In this document: one piece after another, positions 19,734-33,748 of the stretch
Numbering within the stretch: position 1 is the stretch's first letter
Layout of the letters: each line of letters starts with the position of its first letter
From: TPA_inf: Saccharomyces
Taxonomy: Eukaryota
DNA length: 64,000 nt
NCBI GenBank assembly: GCA_000146045.2
Contig: BK006946.2
Span: 96,001 to 160,000 of the forward strand
Direction: 5' to 3'
Made by a program: the position numbers and the translations under genes
Notes under the pieces: generated by a model
What the model saw: only the letters and a program-made list of their open reading frames with translations
What the model was told of the DNA's origin: nothing
Databases searched by the model: none

Positions 19734-22700
19734 TTAGGATTTAATGCAGGTGACGGACCCATCTTTCAAACGATTTATATCAGTGGCGTCCAAATTGTTA
19801 GGTTTTGTTGGTTCAGCAGGTTTCCTGTTGTGGGTCATATGACTTTGAACCAAATGGCCGGCTGCTAGGGCAGCACATAAGGATAATTCACCTGCCAAGA
19901 CGGCACAGGCAACTATTCTTGCTAATTGACGTGCGTTGGTACCAGGAGCGGTAGCATGCGGGCCTCTTACACCTAATAAGTCCAACATGGCACCTTGTGG
20001 TTCTAGAACAGTACCACCACCGATGGTACCTACTTCGATGGATGGCATGGATACGGAAATTCTCAAATCACCGTCCACTTCTTTCATCAATGTTATACAG
20101 TTGGAACTTTCAACATTTTGTGCAGGATCTTGTCCTAATGCCAAGAAAACAGCTGTCACTAAATTAGCTGCATGTGCGTTAAATCCACCAACAGACCCAG
20201 CCATTGCAGATCCAACCAAATTCTTAGCAATGTTCAACTCAACCAATGCGGAAACATCACTTTTTAACACTTTTCTGACAACATCACCAGGAATAGTAGC
20301 TTCTGCGACGACACTCTTACCACGACCTTCGATCCAGTTGATGGCAGCTGGTTTTTTGTCGGTACAGTAGTTACCAGAAACGGAGACAACCTCCATATCT
20401 TCCCAGCCATACTCTTCTACCATTTGCTTTAATGAGTATTCGACACCTTTAGAAATCATATTCATACCCATTGCGTCACCAGTAGTTGTTCTAAATCTCA
20501 TGAAGAGTAAATCTCCTGCTAGACAAGTTTGAATATGTTGCAGACGTGCAAATCTTGATGTAGAGTTAAAAGCTTTTTTAATTGCGTTTTGTCCCTCTTC
20601 TGAGTCTAACCATATCTTACAGGCACCAGATCTTTTCAAAGTTGGGAAACGGACTACTGGGCCTCTTGTCATACCATCCTTAGTTAAAACAGTTGTTGCA
20701 CCACCGCCAGCATTGATTGCCTTACAGCCACGCATGGCAGAAGCTACCAAACAACCCTCTGTAGTTGCCATTGGTATATGATAAGATGTACCATCGATAA
20801 CCAAGGGGCCTATAACACCAACGGGCAAAGGCATGTAACCTATAACATTTTCACAACAAGCGCCAAATACGCGGTCGTAGTCATAATTTTTATATGGTAA
20901 ACGATCAGATGCTAATACAGGAGCTTCTGCCAAAATTGAAAGAGCCTTCCTACGTACCGCAACCGCTCTCGTAGTATCACCTAATTTTTTCTCCAAAGCG
21001 TACAAAGGTAACTTACCGTGAATAACCAAGGCAGCGACCTCTTTGTTCTTCAATTGTTTTGTATTTCCACTACTTAATAATGCTTCTAATTCTTCTAAAG
21101 GACGTATTTTCTTATCCAAGCTTTCAATATCGCGGGAATCATCTTCCTCACTAGATGATGAAGGTCCTGATGAGCTCGATTGCGCAGATGATAAACTTTT
21201 GACTTTCGATCCAGAAATGACTGTTTTATTGGTTAAAACTGGTGTAGAAGCCTTTTGTACAGGAGCAGTAAAAGACTTCTTGGTGACTTCAGTTTTCACC
21301 AATTGGTCTGCAGTATAACTGGTATGAATTCTAGCAGCATTCAATAAATACACATTGATGACAGCACTGCATACTAAGGCGGAAAGAACTAATTTACTGA
21401 CGAACCTATCACGAATGGCAACACTGACATTACGAAGCAATAGAAGAACCATATCCTCAATGCGTTGGTAGGACTTAATGGGTTTGTAATATAATAATGG
21501 GGTGACACTAACAATAGCTTGCTCTTTAAAGTTTTCAGAGGCATTCGAGGTAATAAAATCTGGTAGAGAAACACGTTCCTTATCGAAGTACAATGAATTG
21601 AAGGCATCATTGACCCAATTTGCACCAAAGTTATAAAAGTTGATGAAGACAAACAACAGTATGACAGAGAGTTTCATGATAATGACAACCACACTGAGAT
21701 TTAAGAAAGAAGATACGGATTTCTTTTCTGCTTTAGAAATGATTCTTGCTGTAGATGGAACAACACCGTCTTCTTCTAATGTTTGCTTGATAATAGTAGA
21801 TCTGTGGATAACATTCATTTCCAGTCTAAGCGCTAAGATAGCAGAATAAAATGTAGGAGTTAAAATCAATTCAAAAATTAGGATAAATGCTGATAATATG
21901 CAGAAGTTTGTCAAAGTCTTCAATTGGTGAGCATACATAGAGCATCCGATAAAGGCAAAAATACAAAGCAAATGGTCTTGAATCAAACGACCACCCTCTT
22001 CGCTCACGGATTCAAAAACGATTTCATCGGTAGTAATCCTTTTAGATAAACCGACTCTTTCAAATTTCTCCAGGGCATACTGGGCAATCTTGATTTTGTG
22101 CTTGAAACCAACAACAACTACAATGAAAGGCAAACCTTCAAAAAGAGTTAATGCGGAAACTTCTTTGCCTAGAATACATTGGGTGACATACAATGCTAAG
22201 AAAAGTGATGATGCAGAATTGACCACTGTAGAGGCGCTCAACCAAAAATTTGACCCGGTCTTCCTCATGTCATTGAAGAGGCCGAATATGGTGTAGAACA
22301 TCATTAGGTAGGCAGTAACCATAATAAGGACGTCAAACGGGTCTGCTTGGGTTACATTTTCTGAAAATACATCGTAGAGAGAATATGCTAACGTCTTTAC
22401 GTCGAAAAGACTTTTTCTGTCACTTCTTAACCTCCATTTCGTTCCATCAGTAGAAGAAATTTCTTTGGAAACACTGAGATCTTCTTGCAGAATATATTTT
22501 GTATTATCTTTCTCAAAAACCGTGTTAGCTAGTTCTGGAATGGAGTCAGTTTCATTAGGACTATTGAAGTTCAGGTTTAATAGATAGTAATGGTGTGGGG
22601 CTGGTAACTCACTAGCTTCATGCGCGGTGATTGATACCCAACCATCTAGAGAGGAATCTCTGTAGTAATGGGAACATTCTTGAAATAGAGTGTTGGAGTC

Positions 22701-22898
22701 TTTATTTGGAGCAGTTTCAAAAACACTATTTGAATCTAGTTGCCAACCATTGAAGTAATACTGAATGACGGATAGATAAGCGAATGCGGATATGATTAGA
22801 GAAAAAAGTATTATATGAATTGGTCGTTTCGCCGAAAATCTTGAAACATAGGCAATTGGCTTTGCCATCTGTTTCAGTCCCTTGAATAGCGGCGGCAT
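19734..22898 (-). CDS. HMG1: HMG-CoA reductase isozyme 1, 1054 aa
   Basis: N-terminal multi-pass membrane / sterol-sensing region and a C-terminal class I HMGR catalytic domain (...[36 protein letters not shown]..., DAMGMNM, GTIGGGT). 1054 aa matches HMG1 (YML075C). Confidence 0.95.
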
Positions 22899-24088
22899 GC
22901 TTGTTTTATGTATTTATCTACTTTGTATCAACAATTAGACAATGATACACTATGTTCCAGCCCTTAGTCTTTTCCTGACTAGAATTGGGTAGAAAGAAGA
23001 AAAAAATAAGTTAATAAAAATCAAAAAACCGAAGACGAATATAGCTCTTTCAAGTTGTCTTTTTTAAAGGAATGCCTTTGAAAATTAGATCTTTTAAACT
23101 TTCAAAAATCTTTGCCTGGATTTATCGAACAACAGCTTTTCATAGCCGAAAAGATACAGGAAAAATGAGGAAGAAACCGATGAATTGTTTTATAAGCTAT
23201 CACCTAGCGATAATAATAGGTAAAGTAGAGATCCTATAGCTAGTACGGACCTTTCTTTCGGACGTTCTATAGAGTTTTAAACGAGCGGGCGTAGAGACTC
23301 GCACTACGTTTTCTTCGCACTACGCTGAGGTCTTCCAACTCTTCTCCAGAAGGCTTTTCTTTCCCTTAGTCCACCCGATAAAAATGGGGCCCTTTGAAAT
23401 TCCGTTTTGTAGCTTAGTTTCTCGGACTTAAAGCATGTGCTCACCATACTACCATCACCCGAATGTACAGCCAACGCCACTTTAGTGGATAATAAGTCAT
23501 GATAGTGGACGAACAATCGGGGTAAAAGGGGTTGGAAGAGAACGGCTGGAATCCATCAATCAGCAGCGTTTAACGGTTCTAATTTTCAGTTACAAGGATG
23601 ATCAACGAGAGCCTTATTTCTAATGTTCCCTAATGTATATGTGTTCCGGCTACTGTTTAGCTGAAGAGCTGTGTCTAGCCTTCCTGGCGGTTATCGTTCA
23701 CAGTCAGCTTGCGCTTTATTTCATTAACATCGAACTAAATACTAGAGGCCATAACCGCAATTACAGCTGCGGCGATAATCTAATTTAACGTCAATGTCTG
23801 AATTCTTATTGCTTTGAAGATTTCTTCACCTTTCTTGACGACCATCCAGTAGCACTCAGTGAAATAGGAACAGAAAGAAGATAACGCTTTTTTTGCCGCC
23901 ATATATTTCTTTCTATACAACACAGCTTCTTTATTTGTATCATCCGCGGAGAAAAGTAAAATGAAAAGCTTATAAAGAGCAATAGATACTAAAAAGAAAT
24001 AGAATGTTTTCGGATTTACATACAGAAGGTTACAATATTATGTAAAAAGAATAATATATATAAACATCTATCCGTACGAGCGCGTGTA

Positions 24089-25324
24089 CTAGTTTTTCAT
24101 AGAAACCAATTTAACGTCGAATGTCAGTTCGGAATTGGCAGGAATACCTGGCAGAGCTTGCTTCCCGTAGGCATATGGTGCTGGAATGATGATTCTACGT
24201 TCGCCACCAACAGACATACCGGCAACACCAATGTCCCAGCCTTTGATAACTTCACCACGGCCAAGTTTGAATGCAAATGGTTTACCGCTGGTGTTCTTGT
24301 CGAAAACTTTACCGTTCTTTAACTTACCAATGTACCTCATGCCTACTCTGGCACCTCTCTTAGCCTGTGGGCCATCACCGATAGTACGGTCTTCGATTAC
24401 TATGCCGCCTTCCAAAACCTTACTCTTTGGTTTATGCTTATCTTGTTCCTTTTTGCTTTTGGGTTTTGTTGGACCCTCCTCTAAGTCCTTCTTGAATTCG
24501 ACCTTCTTTACTTTTTTAGCTTTCTTTTCTTCTTCTTTCTCTTCGTGCTTTCTCTTTTTTTCCTTTTTGCTTTTCTTAGGTTCTGGCTTAACTTCTTCTT
24601 TTTGTTCTTCTTCTTCTTCTTCTTCTTGTTCTTCTTCTCCATCATTATCTTCTTCATCTTCTTCTTGGACTTCTTCAATACGAACTTCTTCTTCCTCTTC
24701 GTCATCCAAGTCGTCCATGTCGTCGCCAATAATTTCATCCTCATCTGGGGTCAAGTCGTAGTCTTCACTGTCATAGATGTCAGCGTCTTCATCTTCGTCT
24801 TCACCTTCGACTCCCATTGGAGTATCAAATGGATGCTTAACATAGTTACCGCTCAAGGAGATAGCGTAAGAACCAGTGACAATGAATTGGACTTCTTCTT
24901 CTGGAGTAATGGTCAAGTCCAAAGATTGTTGGTATTGGGCTTCCGGAGATAAAGTCAAAAGGACGGATTCTTGGAACTCATCGTCCTCGTCATCGTCTTC
25001 TTCATCATCCTCACTTTCACTTTCAGCCTTCTTGCCTTTACTCTTCTTTTTCTTTTGGGTTTTTTCCTCTTCTTCTTCCTCAGAGGATTCTTCGTCTATT
25101 TCGTCTTCATCAAAATCACCACCTAAAAAATCATCATCTTCAAAGTCCGGGTTTCTTTTGATAATTCTTAAAGTCGATGGTTTGTTCTCTTCATCGATGG
25201 CTTCCGGGTTCAAAGCAGCCATAGTAATACGAACGGTGATGGGCATCGTGACGTCGATTGCTGGAACCGGGGTATAAGGTTCAACATTCAAACTGTAGGT
25301 AGCTAGTGGTAACAAATCAGACAT
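24089..25324 (-). CDS. FPR3: nucleolar FKBP-type peptidyl-prolyl isomerase with long acidic/basic spacer, 411 aa
   Basis: Nucleoplasmin-like N-terminus, very long D/E- and K-rich low-complexity region, and a C-terminal FKBP domain (...[50 protein letters not shown]...). 411 aa (YML074C). Confidence 0.95.
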
Positions 25325-27226
25325 ATTGGGCTGGTTGGATGCTTGCTTTCAATTATGTATGAACTTTCACACAATTATGTATTATATAGAAACGTGTTAG
25401 TAGGCTCTTTTTTCGAATTTAAAAATTTTACCTTCACTTTTAAATTTTGCCGTCCTTTAGGAATGACGACAGTCCGTAGAGGGCTGAAAATTGAACAGCG
25501 AGCTAATACTAGTGGATTCTAATCAATGGAACATGAAGCATGTATCATAATCTCTGTTCTTGCCGGTTTTGACTATATAGATGTAGATGCAATCCAGATT
25601 TTAGTGAAAGGTAGAGGAAGCAAGCCAGTTGAAAAAGGTAGAAAGTATGCGATGTGTCATATACATTTGGCATATTCTCCCCATAATATCATGAACAGGT
25701 GATAGTAGAATGTTTGGAGCATTGATGACAGATTATTTCCAAAAGAAGTTTGATTGTGCGATCGCTCTCTTTTATGTTCTTTGATGCATTTTTGTACAAT
25801 ATATTAAAGTAACAAATCGGCGAAAGAACGTCAGTAATGTGTCGTTGCCAACCGTAAAGTGCTCGATGATTAATTTCACAATACATTTCAACCAAAGTGT
25901 TTTCATTCAAATACTGGCACAAAGGTTTGTTTTTCTAAGTGCCTATGGTGTGCGATAAAATGTTTTTGATGGAACACAGTTCATTGCTCAGAAAATACGC
26001 CATTTATCTATTTGTGTCGTTCTTCCTTCCAAGAATTACAAGAATTTTATTTTTTATTCAATGCTCAATCGTCTGCTCAAGGACTTCTGGTAAGTTACGT
26101 TAAATAATAGCTATGGCGCTTTTCTCATTTCTATAATGCAGAGTTGGTGGCTATAACCGTATTATCGATGTTATTACCGTTCGAATATATGTAAGCTTAA
26201 CATTGCCGCATTAGTTTTGCTTGAAGATGCTCTGTCCATATTTTGTTAACCCGTCTTAGAATTGATCATTGCTTGCTTTAAATAATGAAGATCTTTTGAC
26301 GAAGCCAATGACTATGCTGTCTTCAACTTTTGGCAGTAAAGCCAATTCTGTGAGAACTCGCGGGGAAACTCCAAAGCACACTTAGAGAATAAAAATACAT
26401 GGAGTCGAAGCATGACTCGGATGATTTCTAACGTCCTGACATTTACTCGAAAGTATTTCACTACCAGTGGGGTAAAGGACAATATCGACGTCCGTTGGCT
26501 ATGTTGGTAACTGAGATGAAGTTGTAACAAATTCCTGCAGGATGCTTTTACACTCACCGGTTGCATTTTCCTCATTTCATAGATAACAAAGTAAACAGAG
26601 CGCATTTTTTGGAGTATTTTATACGTCAATGCGACTTTGATACCTGAAATCCCCTTAATATTGGTAGGAACATTGGGCTCAAGCGATGCATTTTCTCTTG
26701 CATTTTGTTTCTCACTATTTGTCTTTTCTACTTTCAATTTTCTTATCTTTGTTCTATTCCCGTTCCTGTTCTATTCCCGTTTTATTTGCTGTGAGCAGGC
26801 CTTGTTATTGCCAACGTTTAAAACCATTTACTTTTTGTTTAAAAATCTCTCTTCTATTTCCACATCTCACCTAAAACAACGATCATTATATAACATGAGG
26901 TGTATTGTTTTTCCTCACCATACGATCAAATATAACATCACAAAGCTTACAGCAGAGCGACACTTTTTTGCTTAACAATTTGTATTTTGTATGATGCATC
27001 CAAGTCTTGCGCCAAGAAAGTCTACATTATAGGAAAGATCAAAGGAACTTGAAATAATGTATTCCTTTTTCTTTTCACGCCCTTTCTCTGGGTGATTGCC
27101 GCAATGAAGATATAAATATGCGAATAAAAAACCAATGCTCAATACAAATGCACTTATGAAACTGTAGTTAAATTATAATTTTACCTGCATATATATTATT
27201 ATAGAAGTTCGTTAAAATAATTATAT

Positions 27227-28172
<946 letters not shown>

Positions 28173-28495
28173 TTCGTTGGATGGCTATTACTTTGTTGTT
28201 TCGCCTAATGTAAAACTGATATTCAATCTTTAATGAGTAGTACATTTAATCTATTCATGTAACCCTTCCATTCGATAACCTCCATACCAACGAAATTTTG
28301 CAAAAGGAACAAAGCACACTCCAGTGGGAAACTGGACAAATCCGGTGAGTCCTCCCAGACGGGAAACGTGTCTCTCGCTTCTGTTGTCCGCCCAGCGGAG
28401 AAGCCCTCTCCAGAACGCTTTAGCCGCAACCGCAATGGTCTAGGCGGGCCGCTTTTCGAATCTGGTTAAGGAAAAAACTGAAGAAAAATATAACA

Positions 28496-28527
28496 AATCC
28501 ATACATTTTAATAATGTACGGATTTAA
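28496..28527. promoter_or_regulatory. pair of Rap1-like sites in inverted orientation about 325-355 bp upstream of the RPL6A ATG
   Basis: AAATCCATACATTT and, inverted, AAATCCGTACATT (seen as aaatccatacattttaataatgtacggattt). Resembles the Rap1 consensus ACACCCATACATTT typical of RP gene promoters. Confidence 0.45.
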
Positions 28528-28729
28528 TAGCAGTCTTCACATTTCTTTCTTCTCCCTAAGCAGTAACAGGAGAGCGTTGAAATATGTTGTAATATATGTT
28601 GTAATATATTATAGTAAATATAACGTTATATAATAATAGCGCAAAATTATAACAAACACAGAAAAGACACCTGTTAACACACCAAATGTGCCCTTATTGA
28701 GCGTATAAAAGAATAGTTTTCACTGTTTA

Positions 28730-31700
28730 TTACTGCGTGTATTCTTGAGGAACTTCTGGCACGGGAGGTACCTGACCATTCTTGTCTTTACCGTAATTAA
28801 TCTTTACAATCAGATGACCGTCTCCTAATTTTACAGAAATTTGGCCATCTTGTTGAATTTGAGGGTCACCCAAGTTGATTTGAGCAATACCAAGATCTTT
28901 GTCCCTCGATAGTCTTTGATGGGAAATTGCACCCAGTACCAAATTGGCTTCGGGAGAAGCCTTGAACGAGCACTCTTCATCAAATACGGCAACACCATCA
29001 TTATTGGCTTTTTGGCTTTTCGTTTTGTATATGTGTTTTAGTCTACCACCTTGAGTTAAAGAGATCTTAATTTGAACATGCTTGGCAACGTTTTCCGCAG
29101 CAACCACGGTAATAAAACCATTGTAAGTGCCATGAGGAGCTAAAGTACGCGCAAAACTGCTTGCACGAGAATGTCCTCTAGAGTTGCTACTAGGGGTATC
29201 TTTTTTGTTGCTTGAGCTAGAAGTGTTGTCAGTTGGCTTGACTACAGGAGATGCGCTTTGAACGGGCGCGTAACTTGTGTTAGGTACTGATGGATCATAG
29301 TCTAGTGAAGCTCTTGGTGTTACACTAGTGCTATTCAAATTACTTGGGGATCTCCTATCAAAAGATTTTTTCTCTGATGATTTTTTTGCACCGTTGGACT
29401 CATTTCCATTGCTGCTCTTGCTTCTTTTCATTGGATTGCCACCTAGAGATTTTAGAAGGTGACCACCTTTCTTTAAACCACCAGTGGCAACTCCTGTTGC
29501 TGCTCCTATACCAGTACCAGCTATGCCAACAGTTGCATGGGCTGCACCACTGGCTATTTTCATCGGCTTATCAGTGATACCGCCTTTCACGATATCAAAA
29601 CTTGGCTTGATATATTCTGGGTTGAATGAACCTTGTAATTTGATACTTCCTTGTGTGTTTAAATTCAAATTCCAGTTGTAAGTTTTACCAACTTCTAATG
29701 AGGAAACGTCAAGTGAAGCTTGGCCTAAGTCGTCATTATCACCTGCACGATCCCAATCAAGAACATTAAATATGACTTGATTCTTACTTCTTGAAAGGAT
29801 TGGTATTTTAGCATCTTCGTTCCATACGGGATCCAATGTTTTCTTTTTAATGTTCGATTTGAAAACTTTTTTATCATTGACAAAGATGTGAACAAATGGA
29901 TCTGAATAGCCATTCCTATCTGCGGACTTCAGACCGTGTCCGGAAATAAGCTTTATATTCAAATAACCAGTGTCTTCAACACTTTCACTGCTAGGCAGTT
30001 TCACGCTAGTGGGCGTGTACAAAAATCTTACCTTCATTTTAGACCCATTGAAGTTTAACCACATGGGCTCTTCGTAAGCTTGCTTTAGTAGCTTCAATGT
30101 ACTATAGGAAGTTTCGGATATGACATCATCTGAATCTTTGGCAATATGTTTCTTCGATACTCTAAAATGTAGTTTACTGTAATTCAAATCTCTAATGAAA
30201 ATATTTGCCATCTCCGAGTTTAGTTTACCTTGAGATGGTTTCATGCAAATGAATACAGGGTACGAAATGTCATCCGCTAAGATTTCTAGGTAAGCAGAGG
30301 ATGGGCTCAAAGTCCCTTCCAATATTTGCATAGACAAAATACCAGATTTTTGCTTGATCAACTCGTTTAAAGATAACTTGGCCTTCCTGTTTATTTTTTT
30401 TTCATCGCTGTCAAATGGGTCTTCGATCTCGGCAACTTCCCATTCCTTTGGATTTTTTTCCATCTCTTGCTCGTTTTCTTCTTGGGTAGCTTCGAATTTT
30501 TTCTTCTTTTCCTTCAACTCCTTTTCTAGTTTCTCAACATTCACCAACTCCTCAGGGGAATACACCAGATTGATTGGGATAAATGTTGTTGAAACATTGA
30601 CAATGCTTTCGGTAACTTTGTGTTCGTGGTCTTTTAATTTTAGTTTTGAAATTTCTTCTTTGCCATTATTCCCAACATATTTTCCTGATTTAGGATCTTT
30701 TTTGAAAACATTTGATGTAGGAATTTGTACAGAGCCAATGAAACGGTCTTTGCCGATCTTTTGATAATCATGAAATTCGAGAGTCAAAATTTGATTTGGA
30801 GAGAAGATAGGAACGTAGGTGCTGTTGTCAAAAATGGGATGATCCGTATCAGAATGATATATGGACTTGTAAAGAACACGTCTATTCAACGATACGGTGT
30901 AATATGGATCAACATCCCCTACACCGGATAAGTCACCCTTGATAATGGCATCCTTAACGTCTAGCTTAATACAACCAATAGGTTCGCTTACAGAGTTTGC
31001 AGCGGCAAAAGCTCCGGTCATTTCAATTGATTTCCAAGAAACATCCAAATAAATGTCACCTTGTGGTGAGCCTTTAACAAACTCTTGAGCAGTGTCTAAA
31101 GTAGTCATTATATCATCTAAAGAAGATGAATACTCACAGATCAGCGCCTTACCATTCATTCTGTCATCGAATATTTTTAGGACAAACTTAGAGTTAGATT
31201 TTGATGGAACCAAAACTTCGATGGTCTCATTCCAAGATGGCTCATTGATACGTCTCAAAGTTCTATAGCTCTTTACTTTTTGTCCATCAATGAATAATTC
31301 AGCACATGGGCTCAAGCTACCGGTCATAGAACTGGTTGTATCCAGATATTTGACCTTTTGTAAAGTGATCTTGGCAATCCCGACATCAGTTTGAGAACTT
31401 TCTTCATTCTCGTCTTCTTCTTTTTCAGTAGTGTCCTCGTTTTCATCTTCTTTCTTGCCCTTGGCCTTAGCTTCGGCACGCTCAACTGCTTTTTCCTCTG
31501 ATTTATCTTCTTTCACAGGGAACCAGTGTAAGGAATAATGTAAAATACCTTTTGATTTTGTACCGGATCTTAATTCAGCAGTTTGATTATCCAAAACAGG
31601 GTTTTGTAGTAAATCTGCCAAGTCAAGTTGAAGATCACCAATTACGGTATCTTTTCTTACATCATTGAAGTCAAAGCACTTTAAGTTTAACTTTTGCTCT

Positions 31701-33367
31701 AAGGTGTTTAATAATAGATATTTGGTTTCGTTCCAACGTGGATTTTTAACATTTGATTTGATAGATGTACGCACTTCTTCATCTGTACCAGGCACAGCAT
31801 CTTCGGTAGTCATAACAATATAAGGATCGACAGTATTGGTAATGAAATCTGAGCCTTTCAAAGAGTCGGCAGAAGCAATGGTTACGGCAAGGACACCAAT
31901 AGCTTCTTTTGATTGAGCAGCCATAATGTCTTCAACATTAATATCCAAATGGTTCGGAGGGAATAGCATAGGCCCTATATTGGAGTTGATAATGTTTTTA
32001 ACAAAACTCTTCAAACCAGGCAAGAATGACATAACATCAAGACCTAAAGTATCACCACCAATTGGTTTCAGTGCGAAATCAATCAAAGGTGGTTCTAAAA
32101 GTTGTAAAGAAACAATTTTGATATTTGGGAAAGCTTTACCAAATTCAACTTTAATACGCATTTTACCAGCAACGTTAATGTCTTCAACCAAAATAGGCAT
32201 TGTTTTAGAGACAAAACTTTTTCCTAACGTGACACCCAGAGATATTTTTGGATTGATCTTCTCCCTAGCTTCAGTAGCTGTCATATCCGAGACATCGCTT
32301 GGGGTGAATGCAAATGACCAATCCATTTCAACAGTGTTTTTACCAGTCTTGGTGTACGATTTAATACCTTTTATGGTGGGAGCTTTAGAGCCCAGAGTGA
32401 ATTCATCGATAGCTAACGCATCGATACCGTAACCTGGAGCAACACCTGCCAGTTGAGGGTTAACGTTATCTTTGACTTGTTGAGATAAAACTGGCATGTA
32501 AATCACCCAAAATTTTGATAAAAATGAATTCAACCACGTAGTGGATTCAACGCGATCCGACAAGGTTTCTTCGACTGTAACTCTTTTCAAGTCATCTCTG
32601 ATATTTCTGTTGAATCTTGTATATTCTGCGTTGTAAACGGTCGCAGTTCCCAAGAAGATAAATATCATAGACCACCATGAAAACCCAATGTAAGCAAATA
32701 ACCATGAGAAGAAACAAGTTCCAAGAACGGTGGCTATATTACAGTACCAATCGTTATAAAAATTTTCCAGAATGTAAGCTTTTATAACCCTGGACATCTT
32801 TGTATTTGGCGAACCCTTTCCTGAAGCATGGAACTCACCAACATTTTGCCATGGAAATAACTTGTCGTCGGAATCTAGGTGAAATTTTTCCTTAATATCC
32901 TTTTCATCAAGTTTGCCTAAGTCGTCTAAGACGCCAGGCTTAGTAATCGAAGTGTCGAATTTATTTGGCTTCCTAGATGGTGCTGATCTGAATTCCTTCG
33001 GACGTAAACCTTCCAATGGCACGGCTCCTATGCTTCCCTGTGGGTTGGGACCGGGCAATTGATTGGTTTTTTGAGCGCTGGAGGCAACAAATATGTCTTT
33101 TGATGACTGTTTCTTACCTTCCGGGTTGGAGTCAGCAGTTTTCTGACCTTTAGACACATCAGAAACTGAATTTGAGGTCTTTGTGTCATTTGCGTCATGG
33201 TTAATCAGTTGGTGGTATTGATGGTGACCCGATGGAGCGTGATCAGAACCCCTTTCTTGTTGATTTATGACCTTTTGAGGTAAATTGCCTCCTACTTTCT
33301 TCTTCTCCTCCTCATGAAATAGGGTACTATCAGGTGGGGGATGGACTTGAGCTTTGATGCCAGTCAT
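28730..33367 (-). CDS. TCB3: tricalbin (SMP domain plus multiple C2 domains), ER-plasma membrane tether, 1545 aa
   Basis: 1545-aa ORF with an N-terminal membrane hairpin, SMP-like region and several C2-domain-like blocks. Length and position match TCB3 (YML072C). Confidence 0.9.
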   Translation of the reverse strand: MTGIKAQVHPPPDSTLFHEEEKKKVGGNLPQKVINQQERGSDHAPSGHHQYHQLINHDANDTKTSNSVSDVSKGQKTADSNPEGKKQSSKDIFVASSAQKTNQLPGPNPQGSIGAVPLEGLRPKEFRSAPSRKPNKFDTSITKPGVLDDLGKLDEKDIKEKFHLDSDDKLFPWQNVGEFHASGKGSPNTKMSRVIKAYILENFYNDWYCNIATVLGTCFFSWLFAYIGFSWWSMIFIFLGTATVYNAEYTRFNRNIRDDLKRVTVEETLSDRVESTTWLNSFLSKFWVIYMPVLSQQVKDNVNPQLAGVAPGYGIDALAIDEFTLGSKAPTIKGIKSYTKTGKNTVEMDWSFAFTPSDVSDMTATEAREKINPKISLGVTLGKSFVSKTMPILVEDINVAGKMRIKVEFGKAFPNIKIVSLQLLEPPLIDFALKPIGGDTLGLDVMSFLPGLKSFVKNIINSNIGPMLFPPNHLDINVEDIMAAQSKEAIGVLAVTIASADSLKGSDFITNTVDPYIVMTTEDAVPGTDEEVRTSIKSNVKNPRWNETKYLLLNTLEQKLNLKCFDFNDVRKDTVIGDLQLDLADLLQNPVLDNQTAELRSGTKSKGILHYSLHWFPVKEDKSEEKAVERAEAKAKGKKEDENEDTTEKEEDENEESSQTDVGIAKITLQKVKYLDTTSSMTGSLSPCAELFIDGQKVKSYRTLRRINEPSWNETIEVLVPSKSNSKFVLKIFDDRMNGKALICEYSSSLDDIMTTLDTAQEFVKGSPQGDIYLDVSWKSIEMTGAFAAANSVSEPIGCIKLDVKDAIIKGDLSGVGDVDPYYTVSLNRRVLYKSIYHSDTDHPIFDNSTYVPIFSPNQILTLEFHDYQKIGKDRFIGSVQIPTSNVFKKDPKSGKYVGNNGKEEISKLKLKDHEHKVTESIVNVSTTFIPINLVYSPEELVNVEKLEKELKEKKKKFEATQEENEQEMEKNPKEWEVAEIEDPFDSDEKKINRKAKLSLNELIKQKSGILSMQILEGTLSPSSAYLEILADDISYPVFICMKPSQGKLNSEMANIFIRDLNYSKLHFRVSKKHIAKDSDDVISETSYSTLKLLKQAYEEPMWLNFNGSKMKVRFLYTPTSVKLPSSESVEDTGYLNIKLISGHGLKSADRNGYSDPFVHIFVNDKKVFKSNIKKKTLDPVWNEDAKIPILSRSKNQVIFNVLDWDRAGDNDDLGQASLDVSSLEVGKTYNWNLNLNTQGSIKLQGSFNPEYIKPSFDIVKGGITDKPMKIASGAAHATVGIAGTGIGAATGVATGGLKKGGHLLKSLGGNPMKRSKSSNGNESNGAKKSSEKKSFDRRSPSNLNSTSVTPRASLDYDPSVPNTSYAPVQSASPVVKPTDNTSSSSNKKDTPSSNSRGHSRASSFARTLAPHGTYNGFITVVAAENVAKHVQIKISLTQGGRLKHIYKTKSQKANNDGVAVFDEECSFKASPEANLVLGAISHQRLSRDKDLGIAQINLGDPQIQQDGQISVKLGDGHLIVKINYGKDKNGQVPPVPEVPQEYTQ

Positions 33368-33748
33368 TTTTCTTGACTTTCAATGCGTAGCTCTACTTAT
33401 TTTCTTTCTAGCAATATTGCGTATGTCAATAAACAAAGCTAGCTAATGATGCTCTTTATATTGTTAAGAAGAAAACTGATTAAATTAAGTAACGCTAAAA
33501 AGCAAAGTTGTCTATCAAAGTGAAATGTATCGCAATTGGAAAAGGTAAGTGCAATTCTAAAGGATGTAAGGTACAATTATCCCTTTTTCCCTTTCTGACT
33601 GCAGCAGTGTGTTGTAAAGGTATACATACATTCTCGTATTGTTGTTTCTCCCCCTTCTCGCGCTGGCGAAGAAGTGAAAAAAAAAAATAAAAAAATGGAA
33701 ATTTCGGACGATCGTCATTTTGAAAATACATAGTGAGCCAATATTATA

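Noticed and set aside
23304-23516. 70-aa minus-strand ORF and the direct repeat cgcactacg (x2) in the HMG1 upstream region
   Set aside because: Short, unconserved-looking, and within a promoter. The 9-bp direct repeat is too short to call a regulatory element without further evidence.
26312-26737. 141-aa minus-strand ORF in the FPR3/RPL6A intergenic region (and the overlapping plus-strand ORFs at 26637..26975)
   Set aside because: No similarity to known families, overlapping mutually exclusive frames, and T-rich low-complexity DNA. Likely non-coding promoter/terminator sequence.
26751-26780. 16-bp direct repeat gttctattcccgtt(cct)gttctattcccgtt in the FPR3/RPL6A gap
   Set aside because: Only two copies with no flanking structure suggesting a mobile element or CRISPR-like array (which is not expected in a eukaryote anyway).
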